Shown here: positions 27,699 to 36,993 of the stretch, one piece after another
How positions within the stretch are numbered: the stretch's first letter is position 1
How the letters are laid out: each line of letters opens with the position of its first letter
Origin: a bacterium
Lineage (GTDB): Bacteria; Armatimonadota; Zipacnadia; Zipacnadales; UBA11051
Assembly: GCA_030604405.1 (NCBI GenBank)
Contig: JAUVVY010000024.1
Location: forward strand, 301-64,300
Direction: 5' to 3'
DNA: 64,000 bases
Made by a program: the position numbers and the translations under genes
Notes under the pieces: model-generated
What the model was told of the DNA's origin: nothing
Seen by the model: only the letters and a program-made list of their open reading frames with translations
Databases searched by the model: none

Positions 27699-28870
27699 GC
27701 TTTGCGCAGATAGCCGGCCACGAGGGCACTTTGCAGGTGCTGAAGAAGGCGGTACTGACCGGCCGCATCCCCCAGGCGTACCTGTTCGTCGGCCCGTCCA
27801 ATGTCGGCAAGACGTTGACCGCCGTCGAGCTGGCCAAGGCGCTCAATTGCGAGACCTTGACGGCCCCCGAAACGGTAGATGACATCGAGCCGTGTGACCA
27901 GTGCAGTTCATGCGTGCGGATAGAAAAAGGCATTCATCCGGACTTTCGCATCGTACAACCGCTCACGCGCATAGGTGCTATTGACGACGAAGAGACGGAA
28001 GCTGATCCTGTAACCGGCGAGCCCAGCAAGAAAAAGGACGAGTTCGTACAGATGGAGGGGGCGGAGATCCGCATTTCGCAAGTGCGGGAGCTTATTGAAA
28101 GCGCCTCTCTCATGACTAATCAAGCCAGGCGGCGGATGTACATAATAACTGGTGCCGAAACCATGAACATTGCCGCGGCCAACGCTTTCCTGAAGACCCT
28201 GGAAGAGCCATCGGCCGCGACGACGTTCGTTCTCACGACCGCCAGTCCTAATGACCTGCTGCCCACGATCGTGTCGCGCTGCCAGGTAGTCAACTTCCAC
28301 CCGGTGCCTGCCGCCGTAGCCCGCGATTTCCTGGTAAGTCGTTACCCGGAAGTGAGCGCCGAGCAGATACAGTCAATCGTGGCCATGTCGAGCGGGCGAA
28401 TCGGCTGGGCCATCAAGCTGCTGCAACAGCCGGACGTGCTGCAGATACGCAGTGATCTGCTGGATTTGTGTGTGCGGCTGGCCGCCGCGGACTGGGTGGA
28501 GTGCCTGCGCGGCGGCGAACTGCTCGTGGATGCGGCGGAGAGATGGTGGCTGGCCACCAACGAGGAAGAGATCGCCGAGAAAGCTCTGAAGGCGAGCCGC
28601 GACCGGGTCTTGCGCACCAGCATGGGCGACATCCTCGACATTCTGGCGACCTGGTTCCGCGACCTGCTGCTGCTGTCCTCAGACGCTGGGGCGGATGGGC
28701 TGATCAACATGGACCGGGCCGAGCAATTGCGTGATTTAGCGGGGCGCTATGATGCCAAGAAATGCGAGGCGGCCTGCGAGCACCTGCAGAGGATGCACGC
28801 GCAACTGGGTCAGAACGCCAACCTGCGCCTGGCCGCCGAGAACCTCGCCCTGCGCCTGATTGTGACCTGA
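27695..28870 (+). CDS. holB: DNA polymerase III delta' subunit
   Basis: AYLFVGP, Zn module PCDQCSSC, HPD, AANAFLKTLEEP and LLPTIVSRC motifs. Confidence 0.93.
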   Translation: MSFAQIAGHEGTLQVLKKAVLTGRIPQAYLFVGPSNVGKTLTAVELAKALNCETLTAPETVDDIEPCDQCSSCVRIEKGIHPDFRIVQPLTRIGAIDDEETEADPVTGEPSKKKDEFVQMEGAEIRISQVRELIESASLMTNQARRRMYIITGAETMNIAAANAFLKTLEEPSAATTFVLTTASPNDLLPTIVSRCQVVNFHPVPAAVARDFLVSRYPEVSAEQIQSIVAMSSGRIGWAIKLLQQPDVLQIRSDLLDLCVRLAAADWVECLRGGELLVDAAERWWLATNEEEIAEKALKASRDRVLRTSMGDILDILATWFRDLLLLSSDAGADGLINMDRAEQLRDLAGRYDAKKCEAACEHLQRMHAQLGQNANLRLAAENLALRLIVT

Positions 28871-28879
28871 CGCACAAGC

Positions 28880-30040
28880 CTACCCCGCCCGCAGTTTCTG
28901 CCACTCGTCAACCATTGCCAGGAAGTTCGCCCACGGGTGCATGCTGTGCATGCAGTTGCACGGCGTCAGCAACAGTCCCGTGGTGCCAAAGACACCGAAC
29001 ACCTCACGCACCACCTCCCGCACGATCTCGGGATCCTTCGCCTGCGTGTGGTCGGTGTCGTTGGGGCCGGTCCAGAAGCTCTTGGTGCCCTGCTGGGAGT
29101 CGCGGATTGCCTCCAGGTCAACGCCGGGGAAGCCGACTGCGACTGAGTTGAGACAGTCGAAATCGAGCCCGCGCAGGTAGTCAAGCATCGGCATGATGCC
29201 GGTATGGACGGTGTAGGTAATCGCAATGCCGCCCTGGTGGGCCAGGGCGATCTCAGCCTGCAGCCTGTCGTAGAGGAAATCGTGCAGCATTACAGGGCTG
29301 TAGAAGTCGCCGGTTTCATAAAAGCCGTTGCGGGTGATGATGTCCGCTCCCAACTCAGCGGCGATTTCGAGATTGCGCAGGTTGACCTGGTGCTCGATCT
29401 CGAGATACTCGTCCACCAGAGCTGGGTTGTCCACCGTCATCATGCACAGTTGCGTCGGACCGAACAGAGGCAGTGCGCCGGTCAAACCCAGGCCGCAACT
29501 GGCGCGGGTGGCGAGATTCCACCTGTCGGCCAGGCGCCTGGCCTCATTGAAGTAGAAGCGGGTTGCCTCAAGCCTCTGCAGGTCGTCCACGGGCTGCAGG
29601 ATGTGGCGGAAACACTCCAGGTCGTGCTCGTCTTGAATCCAGAACTTCGTGGCGTAGCTGGGGTTGAAGTCGCTGTACAGAGGGATGTCGAAGCCATGAG
29701 GCCAGTTCTCGTCGTACCTGATGGCAGCCTCGACATCGCCGGCGGCGGTGGCATAGACCTTGTGGATGATGTTGCCTTCGATCCACACCTTGCTGGACAC
29801 CTCCGGGGCAGGCTGCGCTCCGGCCAGGGAGACCTCGACTACCGGATCAACACCAAGCTGGCTGACACAATATTGCAGCCGTTCAGCCTGCGACGGCCCC
29901 CACGGGAACTGGTACGGCAGGCCGAGACGCTGGTGCACCTGCATATCACAAAACGTCGGTGTGCAGGGCGCGTAGTCAACCGGCTCGCATCTCAGTGCGG
30001 CCAGGACACGCTCGCGGGAAGTCATTTGCCCGGCTTGCAT
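28880..30040 (-). CDS. UroD-family protein, tandem paralog A
   Basis: MTSRERVLAAL..EPVD N-terminus and C-terminal barrel; colinear with its neighbour. Confidence 0.75.
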   Translation of the reverse strand: MQAGQMTSRERVLAALRCEPVDYAPCTPTFCDMQVHQRLGLPYQFPWGPSQAERLQYCVSQLGVDPVVEVSLAGAQPAPEVSSKVWIEGNIIHKVYATAAGDVEAAIRYDENWPHGFDIPLYSDFNPSYATKFWIQDEHDLECFRHILQPVDDLQRLEATRFYFNEARRLADRWNLATRASCGLGLTGALPLFGPTQLCMMTVDNPALVDEYLEIEHQVNLRNLEIAAELGADIITRNGFYETGDFYSPVMLHDFLYDRLQAEIALAHQGGIAITYTVHTGIMPMLDYLRGLDFDCLNSVAVGFPGVDLEAIRDSQQGTKSFWTGPNDTDHTQAKDPEIVREVVREVFGVFGTTGLLLTPCNCMHSMHPWANFLAMVDEWQKLRAG

Positions 30041-30046
30041 CGTCAG

Positions 30047-31210
30047 CTAGCCTCCGCGCAGCTTCTTCCACTCGTCAACCATCGCCAGGGTGTTTTCCCA
30101 CGGATTGGGGCCGTGGATTGATGGACAGGAGCCAAGCACCACACCCGTAGTGCCCAGAACGCGGAAAACCTGCCGCACCACTTCACGCATAATTTCCGGG
30201 TCGTCGGCATTGGTGTGATGCGTGTTGTCGGGGCCGATCCAGAAGCTTTTCGCATCCTCCTGCGAATCGCGGATTTTCTCCAGATCAACGCCGTGGAAGC
30301 CCAGGCCAATCGAATCGAGACAATCGAAGTCCAGCCTGCGCAAATAATCGAGCATCGGCATGACGCCGCTGTGGACGAGGTAGGTGACCAGGATTCCGCC
30401 TTGGTGGGCCAGGGCGATCTCGGCCTGCAACCTGTCGTAGAGGAACTCCTGCAGCATCGCCGGGCTGTAGAAGTCAGAGGTCTCGTAAAAGCCGTTGCGG
30501 GTGACGATGTCTACCTCGAGGTCGGCAGCGATCTCGAGATTGCGCAGGTTGACCTGGTGGTCGATGTCGAGATACCCATGCACAAGGTCGGGGTTATCGA
30601 GCGTCATCATGCACAACTGCGTGGGTCCGAAGAGCTGCAATGCGCCCGTCAGGCCCGTCCCGCAGCCGGCTCTGGTCGCCAGATTCCACTTGTCGGCCAG
30701 GAGCCTCTTGGCCTCGTTGAAGCTGAAACGTATTGCCTCGCGCCTCGCCGCATAGTCCACGGGCTGTAGGATATGGCGGAAGCAGTCCAGATCCTGCTCG
30801 GTTTCAATCCAGGGCTTCGTGTAATGGGCGGGCAGGAAGTCGCTGTAGAAGGGGATGTCATAGCCGCCGGGCCAGCGGTCGTTGTACTCAACGGCCGCCT
30901 CGACATCGCCGGCAGGAGTGCAATAGACCTTGTGGATGACATTATCTTCCATCCATACCTTGCTCGACACGTCGGGTGACATCTGCGACCCGCCAAGACC
31001 GACGTTCACCACCGGATCAAGGCCCAGTTCGTTGATGAGGTACTCGATCTGTTCGCGCGCCGACGGCCCCCACGGGAATTGGTAGGTGTAGCCGATGCGC
31101 GACTTTTCGTGCAAGGGATTGAATCCCGGCGAGCACGGGACGTAATCCACCGGCTCACGCTTGAGTGCGGCCAGGACTCTTTCGCGTGAAGTCATCTCCT
31201 GGGAGCGCAT
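30047..31210 (-). CDS. UroD-family protein, tandem paralog B
   Basis: MTSRERVLAALKREPVDYVP; AAGGAG RBS. Confidence 0.75.
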   Translation of the reverse strand: MRSQEMTSRERVLAALKREPVDYVPCSPGFNPLHEKSRIGYTYQFPWGPSAREQIEYLINELGLDPVVNVGLGGSQMSPDVSSKVWMEDNVIHKVYCTPAGDVEAAVEYNDRWPGGYDIPFYSDFLPAHYTKPWIETEQDLDCFRHILQPVDYAARREAIRFSFNEAKRLLADKWNLATRAGCGTGLTGALQLFGPTQLCMMTLDNPDLVHGYLDIDHQVNLRNLEIAADLEVDIVTRNGFYETSDFYSPAMLQEFLYDRLQAEIALAHQGGILVTYLVHSGVMPMLDYLRRLDFDCLDSIGLGFHGVDLEKIRDSQEDAKSFWIGPDNTHHTNADDPEIMREVVRQVFRVLGTTGVVLGSCPSIHGPNPWENTLAMVDEWKKLRGG

Positions 31211-31281
31211 AGGGGCTAGTGCTCCTTTCTCGGACTTGAGGACATGCAGCAGGGAAAGCGGCTGTCTAAGTTTGCGGCGTG

Positions 31282-31839
31282 CTAGTTAAACTTATTCATG
31301 GCCGCCTCGATGCCCTCTTTCAGGACGAACTCGATACATGCAACGGCCTCGATAGCCAGCTCGTCGGCGATTTGCTGTTCCGCGGGCCTGAAGGGGGACA
31401 GTACGTAGTGGCGAGCGTCCTGATTGGGCGGCGGGGAGCCGATGCCGAGACGGACCCGGGGGATTTCGTCGGTGCCGATGCAGTCAATGATGCTTTGGAT
31501 GCCCTTGTGGCCGCCGGCGCTGCCCTTGCGACGCAGCCGGACAGTACCCGGCTCCAGGGCGATATCATCATAGACAATCAGCAGATCAGAAGCGGCAAGC
31601 CGATAGAAACGGGCAACCAGATCAACTGATTGCCCGCTGTTGTTCATGAATATCTGCGGCTTGACCAGGAGCACTTCATGGCCGGCGACGCGGCCCTTGC
31701 CGAACAGTGAACGGAATCTGCGCCGGTTGACGGGGATGCCGTGGACTTCGGCGAGCGCGTCAACTACCCAGCAGCCGATGTTATGCTTGGTGTTGCCATA
31801 TTCGCGCCCGGGATTGCCCAGACCGACGATGCAGTGCAT
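31282..31839 (-). CDS. pth: Peptidyl-tRNA hydrolase
   Basis: VGLGNPG, TKHNIG, KPQIFMNNSG and GSAGGHKG motifs. Confidence 0.97.
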   Translation of the reverse strand: MHCIVGLGNPGREYGNTKHNIGCWVVDALAEVHGIPVNRRRFRSLFGKGRVAGHEVLLVKPQIFMNNSGQSVDLVARFYRLAASDLLIVYDDIALEPGTVRLRRKGSAGGHKGIQSIIDCIGTDEIPRVRLGIGSPPPNQDARHYVLSPFRPAEQQIADELAIEAVACIEFVLKEGIEAAMNKFN

Positions 31840-31856
31840 GTGGGTTCCCGCCCGGA

Positions 31857-32612
31857 TTATTCGGAGCCCTCGTCCTCGGAGGCCTCGCCCTCTTCGCCCT
31901 CTTCGCCCTCAGCGACCTCTTCGCCCTCTCCAACTTCCGCCTCTTCTTCCATATCTTCAGGCGCAACTTCGCCCTCTTCGAGTTCCAGCTCTTCGAGTTC
32001 GCCCTCCGGAAGCTCCTCGTCAACGCGCACCTCGAGGTCCTCGTCGGTAATCGGCCGCGCAATCGTCACGACGCCATCGTCGGGGTCCATAAGCAGCTTG
32101 ATGCCCTCAGGCACAGTGATGTCAGAGGCGTGGCGCGTATCGGCGATGTTCATGTCGGTTATGTCTATGACCAGGTGCTGCGGGATGTTGGTGGGCAGGC
32201 ACTCGACTTCGGCCTCGTAATAGAGCTGGTTCACTGAGCCGCCCTCCTCGACGCCCGGAGCATCGCCCTGGACAACTATGGGGACGCTGACGACGATGGA
32301 CTCGGTCAGCGAAATCCACTGCAGGTCCACACTGAGCGGTTCCTTGTGCACCGGCGACCACTGGATCTCCTTGATGATGGCGGCGATGTCGGGATCGGCT
32401 TCAGCGCCGGTGAGCTCAAGCGAAATTAGCACATTGCCGCCGGTAGCGCGGTCAAGCACTTCGAAAAGCCGGCGGCGATCCACCGCGAACTCCAGCGTCT
32501 CCCTCCCCAGTCCATAAACTACGCCCGGGACCTTACCGGCGGCCCGCAGCTTCCTGGCTGCGCCGGAGCCGGAATCCTTCTTCTTTTCTGCAACAAGCGT
32601 TATCTGTTCCAC
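31857..32612 (-). CDS. rplY: 50S ribosomal protein L25/Ctc (long form, acidic tail)
   Basis: ARKLRAAGKVPGVVYG and ECLPTNIP; GTG start with AGGAGG RBS; upstream of pth. Confidence 0.96.
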   Translation of the reverse strand: MEQITLVAEKKKDSGSGAARKLRAAGKVPGVVYGLGRETLEFAVDRRRLFEVLDRATGGNVLISLELTGAEADPDIAAIIKEIQWSPVHKEPLSVDLQWISLTESIVVSVPIVVQGDAPGVEEGGSVNQLYYEAEVECLPTNIPQHLVIDITDMNIADTRHASDITVPEGIKLLMDPDDGVVTIARPITDEDLEVRVDEELPEGELEELELEEGEVAPEDMEEEAEVGEGEEVAEGEEGEEGEASEDEGSE

Positions 32613-32783
32613 CGTGAGTTCAGCCTCCTGAGGCTAAGCCTACCGCCGTACCGCTACGGTAAGGCTTTTGACATTGCCTGATTATCTTTTCCCGCGGGCA
32701 CCAGCAGGTGGCCCGTGAGCCTGCACGTCATAGCCCGGCCCTGCGCCACTGTTTGCGCGCAAGGCCGGTATCCAATACGAAAC

Positions 32784-32858
32784 TGGCTGGGGCGGAAGGA
32801 TTCGAACCTTCGCATGCGGGATCCAAAGTCCCGTGCCTTACCACTTGGCTACGCCCCA
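32784..32858 (-). tRNA. tRNA-Gln (anticodon TTG)
   Basis: TGGGGCGTAGCCAAGTGGTAAGGCACGGGACTTTGGATCCCGCATGCGAAGGTTCGAATCCTTCCGCCCCAGCCA forms a cloverleaf with encoded CCA. Confidence 0.97.
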
Positions 32859-32919
32859 ACTAACTGAGTGTCGGCTGCGCCAATCCACTTGGCCGGTAAC
32901 CACAAGCGCACGGCCCTGG

Positions 32920-33696
32920 TCACCGATCGGCAAGCCACTGCCTGGCGAGTCGCAGATCGCTCACCTTGTCTATGTCAAAGGCAACGCCGGGATGCGGGCT
33001 GATGACGAGCAGCGCTTCGCATCCCAGTATCTCTTCAGTACGCCTGACGGTCGCAACCAGTGAAAGACGTTTCAGCAGTAGTTTAACCACAAATCGCCAG
33101 CCTAGCAAGCTCCCGAGTGCAATTTTGCTCTTGCGAGCGGCGAAGAATACCCTGACCTGCTCCAGGTTATGCTCAAGAAAATGCCTGCTCATGGCACTTA
33201 AACAGCCGCTGATAAAGGCCTCCTCGACCAGGTTCACCGTCGTTCGCTTCGTATTGGGCAGCTCGGCCCTTACCACCGACGCCTTGACCACCGAATACGC
33301 CAGGTCGGCGCTCGGCCGGTTGCGACAGGCCTGAACGAAGTGGCTGACGGCCTCGGGCGTAAGCATCGGCGCATCGCAGGTGCAGATGACCAGATAGTCG
33401 AATTCCCTCAGCGCCTCGCCGGCGGCCTCGACAGCGTCCGCAAAGCTTTCGCCCTGCGGCCGCACGATCGGCAGGTCGGTATCGAGATGCGGCGCAGCAC
33501 CCGATTCGTGAGCGACAATGATGACTTCGTCCAGCTCCGGGCACTGCCGCACCGCCTTGATAACATAATCTATCTGCGGCTTGCCGCCCAGCTCGATAAG
33601 CGCCTTGTGGGGCACCTTCAGCTTGCGAGCCAGTTTGTCCGCCCCGCCACTGGCCAGGATCGCCGCAGCGAAGGTCGGTTGCGCATTCTCAGACAT
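32920..33696 (-). CDS. Nucleotidyltransferase family protein (MobA-like NTP transferase)
   Basis: AAILASG, HKALIELGGKP, CDAPML and FDIDK motifs. Confidence 0.85.
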   Translation of the reverse strand: MSENAQPTFAAAILASGGADKLARKLKVPHKALIELGGKPQIDYVIKAVRQCPELDEVIIVAHESGAAPHLDTDLPIVRPQGESFADAVEAAGEALREFDYLVICTCDAPMLTPEAVSHFVQACRNRPSADLAYSVVKASVVRAELPNTKRTTVNLVEEAFISGCLSAMSRHFLEHNLEQVRVFFAARKSKIALGSLLGWRFVVKLLLKRLSLVATVRRTEEILGCEALLVISPHPGVAFDIDKVSDLRLARQWLADR

Positions 33697-33722
33697 GCCT
33701 GTAGCTTTCCACAGCTTTGTTT

Positions 33723-34616
33723 CTACTGCTTCCGTGTTGCTCCAGCAGCGCAAGGCAAATAGTTTAGCATTTTTCCCGCATAAGTCCAATAGCCGGCTTT
33801 GCGCAAATCCTCAGCACAGCGCCTGGCTGCGGTCGCGTCGGCGAACAGACCGAATACGCATGAGCCACTGCCACACAGCATTGCGACGCCTGCTCCGGCC
33901 TCCAGGAGCTGTTGGCGCAGCCTCCGCACCGGCGGGTACTCGCCCTCGATGACTCGCTCAAAATCATTGACAAGCAGGGCCGCGCAGTCAAGCAAGTCAG
34001 CCCCCTGCTGCAGTCTGTCGAAAAGCTCTCTGGTCTTTGCGCCATCGGAATAGCTCCCCGGGCCGAGCAATCCGTAGGCGGTCTTGGTGCTGATGCTGAG
34101 GTCGGGCCTTGCCAGGACTACGTCGCCCGCAGCGGATTGTGGTGACCGGACAATCTGCTCGCCTCGACCGGTGCCCAGAGCCGTGCCGCCCTGCAAGAAA
34201 AATGCGACATCGCTGCCGACGGCACTAGCTACCGCCTGCAGGTCCACCCCGGCATCCAGCAGCCGGTCCAGAGCACAGATAGTGGCCGCAGCGTCGGAGC
34301 TGCCGCCTCCCAGCCCCGCGCCGACCGGGATGTTTTTGGTGAGCTGAATAGTCGCGACCGGCTCTTTGCCCGCGACCTCAAAATATAGCCCAGCCGCGCG
34401 GATGCACAGGTTGTTCTCGTCCTCGGGCACGTCAAAGCCGTCGGCGGCCATGTGCAGGCCGGGCTCCTGGAGCCTCACCGTCAGTTCATCAGCCAGGTCC
34501 ACGGTCTGGAATATGGTGATCAGATCGTGATACCCGTCCTGGCGCTTGCCGAGTATCTGCAAGCCCAGGTTAATCTTGGCGCAGGCTTTCAGGCTGACCG
34601 TGCGCGTGCGTCCCAT
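33723..34616 (-). CDS. ispE: 4-diphosphocytidyl-2-C-methyl-D-erythritol kinase
   Basis: AKINLGL, DGYH, KNIPVGAGLGGGSSDAA, GSDVAFF and GSGSCVF motifs. Confidence 0.97.
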   Translation of the reverse strand: MGRTRTVSLKACAKINLGLQILGKRQDGYHDLITIFQTVDLADELTVRLQEPGLHMAADGFDVPEDENNLCIRAAGLYFEVAGKEPVATIQLTKNIPVGAGLGGGSSDAAATICALDRLLDAGVDLQAVASAVGSDVAFFLQGGTALGTGRGEQIVRSPQSAAGDVVLARPDLSISTKTAYGLLGPGSYSDGAKTRELFDRLQQGADLLDCAALLVNDFERVIEGEYPPVRRLRQQLLEAGAGVAMLCGSGSCVFGLFADATAARRCAEDLRKAGYWTYAGKMLNYLPCAAGATRKQ

Positions 34617-34620
34617 CTCT

Positions 34621-35592
34621 CTATTCGCCTTCCATGACGCTGTGAATAGCGGCAGCCAGTCTCACGAAGTCCTGCACGGCTAATTCCTCGCCGCGGCGGC
34701 CCCCATCAACGCCCGCATCCGCCAGTGCCTCATCGAGCTCCGATTTGGTGATGTCGAGGTGATGGCTCATAGCCATCGAGTTACGCAGCGTCTTGCGGCG
34801 GTGGGCGAAGGCGGCCTTGATTGTCCGGAACAGCAGTTCCTCCTGCTGCGAGTTCAAGCCGGCAGCTTCGGCAGGATCAGGCAGCGGATGTAAAGCCAGC
34901 GCTGCCGAATCCACGTCCGGTCGCGGCAGGAAGGCACCAGGCCCCAGACGGCGCAGCATTTCGACGCGGCCCAGGTAATAATCGGCGAATACCGACAGCA
35001 CCCCGTATTGCTCGTCACCCGGCCCGGCCACAAGCCGCTCAGCCACCTCCGTCTGGACGGTGACGATGATGATGTCGCAGCGGTGGCCGATCTCCATCAG
35101 CCTGCGCAAGAGCAGGCCCGTAATATGATAGGGGAGATTGCCCACTACTGCCAGTCGCCGGCCGGGGGCGAAGTTGCCCAGATCCTCTTTGGTAATGTCG
35201 CAGTGTCTGACAGCCACATTGGGAAACGGCTCAGTGAGCAACTGCAGGGGCGGGATGAGATGCTTGTCGGTCTCGAAGCCGGCAAGCTCCCTGCCCAGGT
35301 TCGCCAGCGGCACTGTCAGCGCGCCCAGGCCAGCGCCGATCTCGATTATCAATGTGTCAGGCTCGGTGTACCGGTCAACGGCCTGCGCCAGCGCGTCGGC
35401 GGCGGCGTCATCAATCAGGAAGTTCTGGCTGAGAGACTTGCGCGGACGCAGGTCAAAAAGCTGCAGCAGGCGTCGAGTGCGGGCCTTGAGCGGCATTTCC
35501 AGCAAGTCGCTCGCGGTCGCACCCGGCGGCTGGGGCAGTTCCGCCTGGCCGGGCTCGGTACCATTGGAGCGCGAGTTCTTTTGGGGGGCCAT
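34621..35592 (-). CDS. rsmA: 16S rRNA adenine dimethyltransferase
   Basis: KSLSQNFL, EIGAGLGALT, GNLPYHIT and FAHRRKTLRN motifs. Confidence 0.96.
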   Translation of the reverse strand: MAPQKNSRSNGTEPGQAELPQPPGATASDLLEMPLKARTRRLLQLFDLRPRKSLSQNFLIDDAAADALAQAVDRYTEPDTLIIEIGAGLGALTVPLANLGRELAGFETDKHLIPPLQLLTEPFPNVAVRHCDITKEDLGNFAPGRRLAVVGNLPYHITGLLLRRLMEIGHRCDIIIVTVQTEVAERLVAGPGDEQYGVLSVFADYYLGRVEMLRRLGPGAFLPRPDVDSAALALHPLPDPAEAAGLNSQQEELLFRTIKAAFAHRRKTLRNSMAMSHHLDITKSELDEALADAGVDGGRRGEELAVQDFVRLAAAIHSVMEGE

Positions 35593-35621
35593 GTTTGTGA
35601 TCCTAACTGCTCCAACGGCCA

Positions 35622-35648
35622 GACAGGCTGGAAAGCCTGTCCCACGCG
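35622..35648 (-). repeat. GTGG-hairpin REP
   Basis: Minus strand CGC-GTGG-GACAGGCT-TTCC-AGCCTGTC. Confidence 0.8.
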
Positions 35649-35667
35649 ATGTAGGAATGGTGCTGCG

Positions 35668-36444
35668 TCAAATCAGCTCGCGGAGGAACTGCAGGCCGCG
35701 CTGGCAGTCGCCCAGCCGGTCGTCGCCACTCTCGCGCTCGATGCACAGCCAGCCGTCAAAGCCCACGGCGCGCAGGGCGGCGATCCATTCAGGGAAACCA
35801 ATGTCGCCCTCGCCCAGCGGTGTCTCTTCGGTGCTGCCATCCGGGTTGAGCCTGGCATCCTTGGCGTGCGTGTGCTCGGTCAGGTCGCCGAAGAGCTTAA
35901 CGCCCTCGAACCAGTCGAAGCCGCCAAGCAGGAAATTGGCCGGGTCGTAGTTGACTTTCAGGCCCGGGGAATTGACGGCGCGGATGAATTTGAGCATGGT
36001 GCGAGCGTCTTCCGGGCCGGTTTCGCAGCATAGCGTCTTGCCCATCACCCCGGCTTCATCACCGATGGCTCGCAGGGCCTCGATCATTGCTTGGGCCTCC
36101 GGCGTGCGCAGATCAGCGGGCATGACACCGACATGGCTGGTGATGCGCGGGATGTCGAGGATCTGGCAGACGACTAACTCATCGCGGGCCTTCTGCATGG
36201 CCACCGGGCGGTGCTCGGGGTCCAGGAAGCTGCCGAGTCCGCCGGTGATTGCGCAGATTTCCAGCCCGGCCTGCTCGCAGGCTTCGCGGACACGAGCGCC
36301 GTCGTCGGAGCGCACCTGCTCGAGTTCCACAAAGCCCTCGGCCATCCACAGGGCGATACCGTCAAAGCCCATTTCGCCCGCCGCTTCAATGCCCTCATAC
36401 ATCGGCAGACCGAGATTCCAACTGCGGACGCTGATTTTCATCAT
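35668..36444 (-). CDS. Sugar phosphate isomerase/epimerase (xylose isomerase-like TIM barrel)
   Basis: CETGPE, NYDPAN, HTHAKD, LGEGDI and CIERE motifs. Confidence 0.88.
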   Translation of the reverse strand: MMKISVRSWNLGLPMYEGIEAAGEMGFDGIALWMAEGFVELEQVRSDDGARVREACEQAGLEICAITGGLGSFLDPEHRPVAMQKARDELVVCQILDIPRITSHVGVMPADLRTPEAQAMIEALRAIGDEAGVMGKTLCCETGPEDARTMLKFIRAVNSPGLKVNYDPANFLLGGFDWFEGVKLFGDLTEHTHAKDARLNPDGSTEETPLGEGDIGFPEWIAALRAVGFDGWLCIERESGDDRLGDCQRGLQFLRELI

Positions 36445-36585
36445 TAACCCTTCCCAGATGTGATGGCGAGGCACACACGGAACCGGACTCGGGCTGGAGC
36501 AGTGCTCATGCAAATATTGGATACCTTTGGTTGCCGGCTGATGGCTCATAGCCGTAAGTCGTAATGGAGGGGCCTGTCGCAGCAG

Positions 36586-36853
36586 GCCGAGCTTGTCGAG
36601 GCCTGCAAGCCTGGCCCAGCCGTTGTCGTTGGCCGTTTAGGTGTATAGACTCGCCAGGATAGCGTCCTGCGCGGGCCGGGCTCCCATCGGACGACTGTGT
36701 CGCCCGATGCTCGACGCGGCCCCTCCGAAAGCCAACGTCTCAACCTTTCAGCGCGTGGGTCGGGTTTTCCAGCCCGACGCCGTTGTTGTTGAGTCGTCCG
36801 GAGGGGCCGAATGGGTGGCTGTCGCGTAGCGACAGACGGGCCCCATCCGGCCC
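36586..36853. repeat. Cluster of palindromic elements: two GGAGGGGCCG scaffolds in opposite orientation, a GTGG-REP and a GAGCTTGTCGA unit
   Basis: Scaffolds at 36673-36726 (-) and 36800-36853 (+); REP at 36752-36778. Confidence 0.8.
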
Positions 36854-36993
36854 AAGGACTGTCAGAGCCCCATCGCCCACCATCACACATGCGCCGGTCA
36901 CAAACCAATAATCTGCATGACTACACTGGAAGCCCGAGCGACGCGGCGATGAATTGTGATGCTCACTGCCGCGCCAGCGCCCTCTTGAGGCCA

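Noticed and set aside
32700..32920. Integrative element at tRNA-Gln
   Set aside because: No integrase and no duplicated tRNA 3' end seen in the window; the flanking genes are core.
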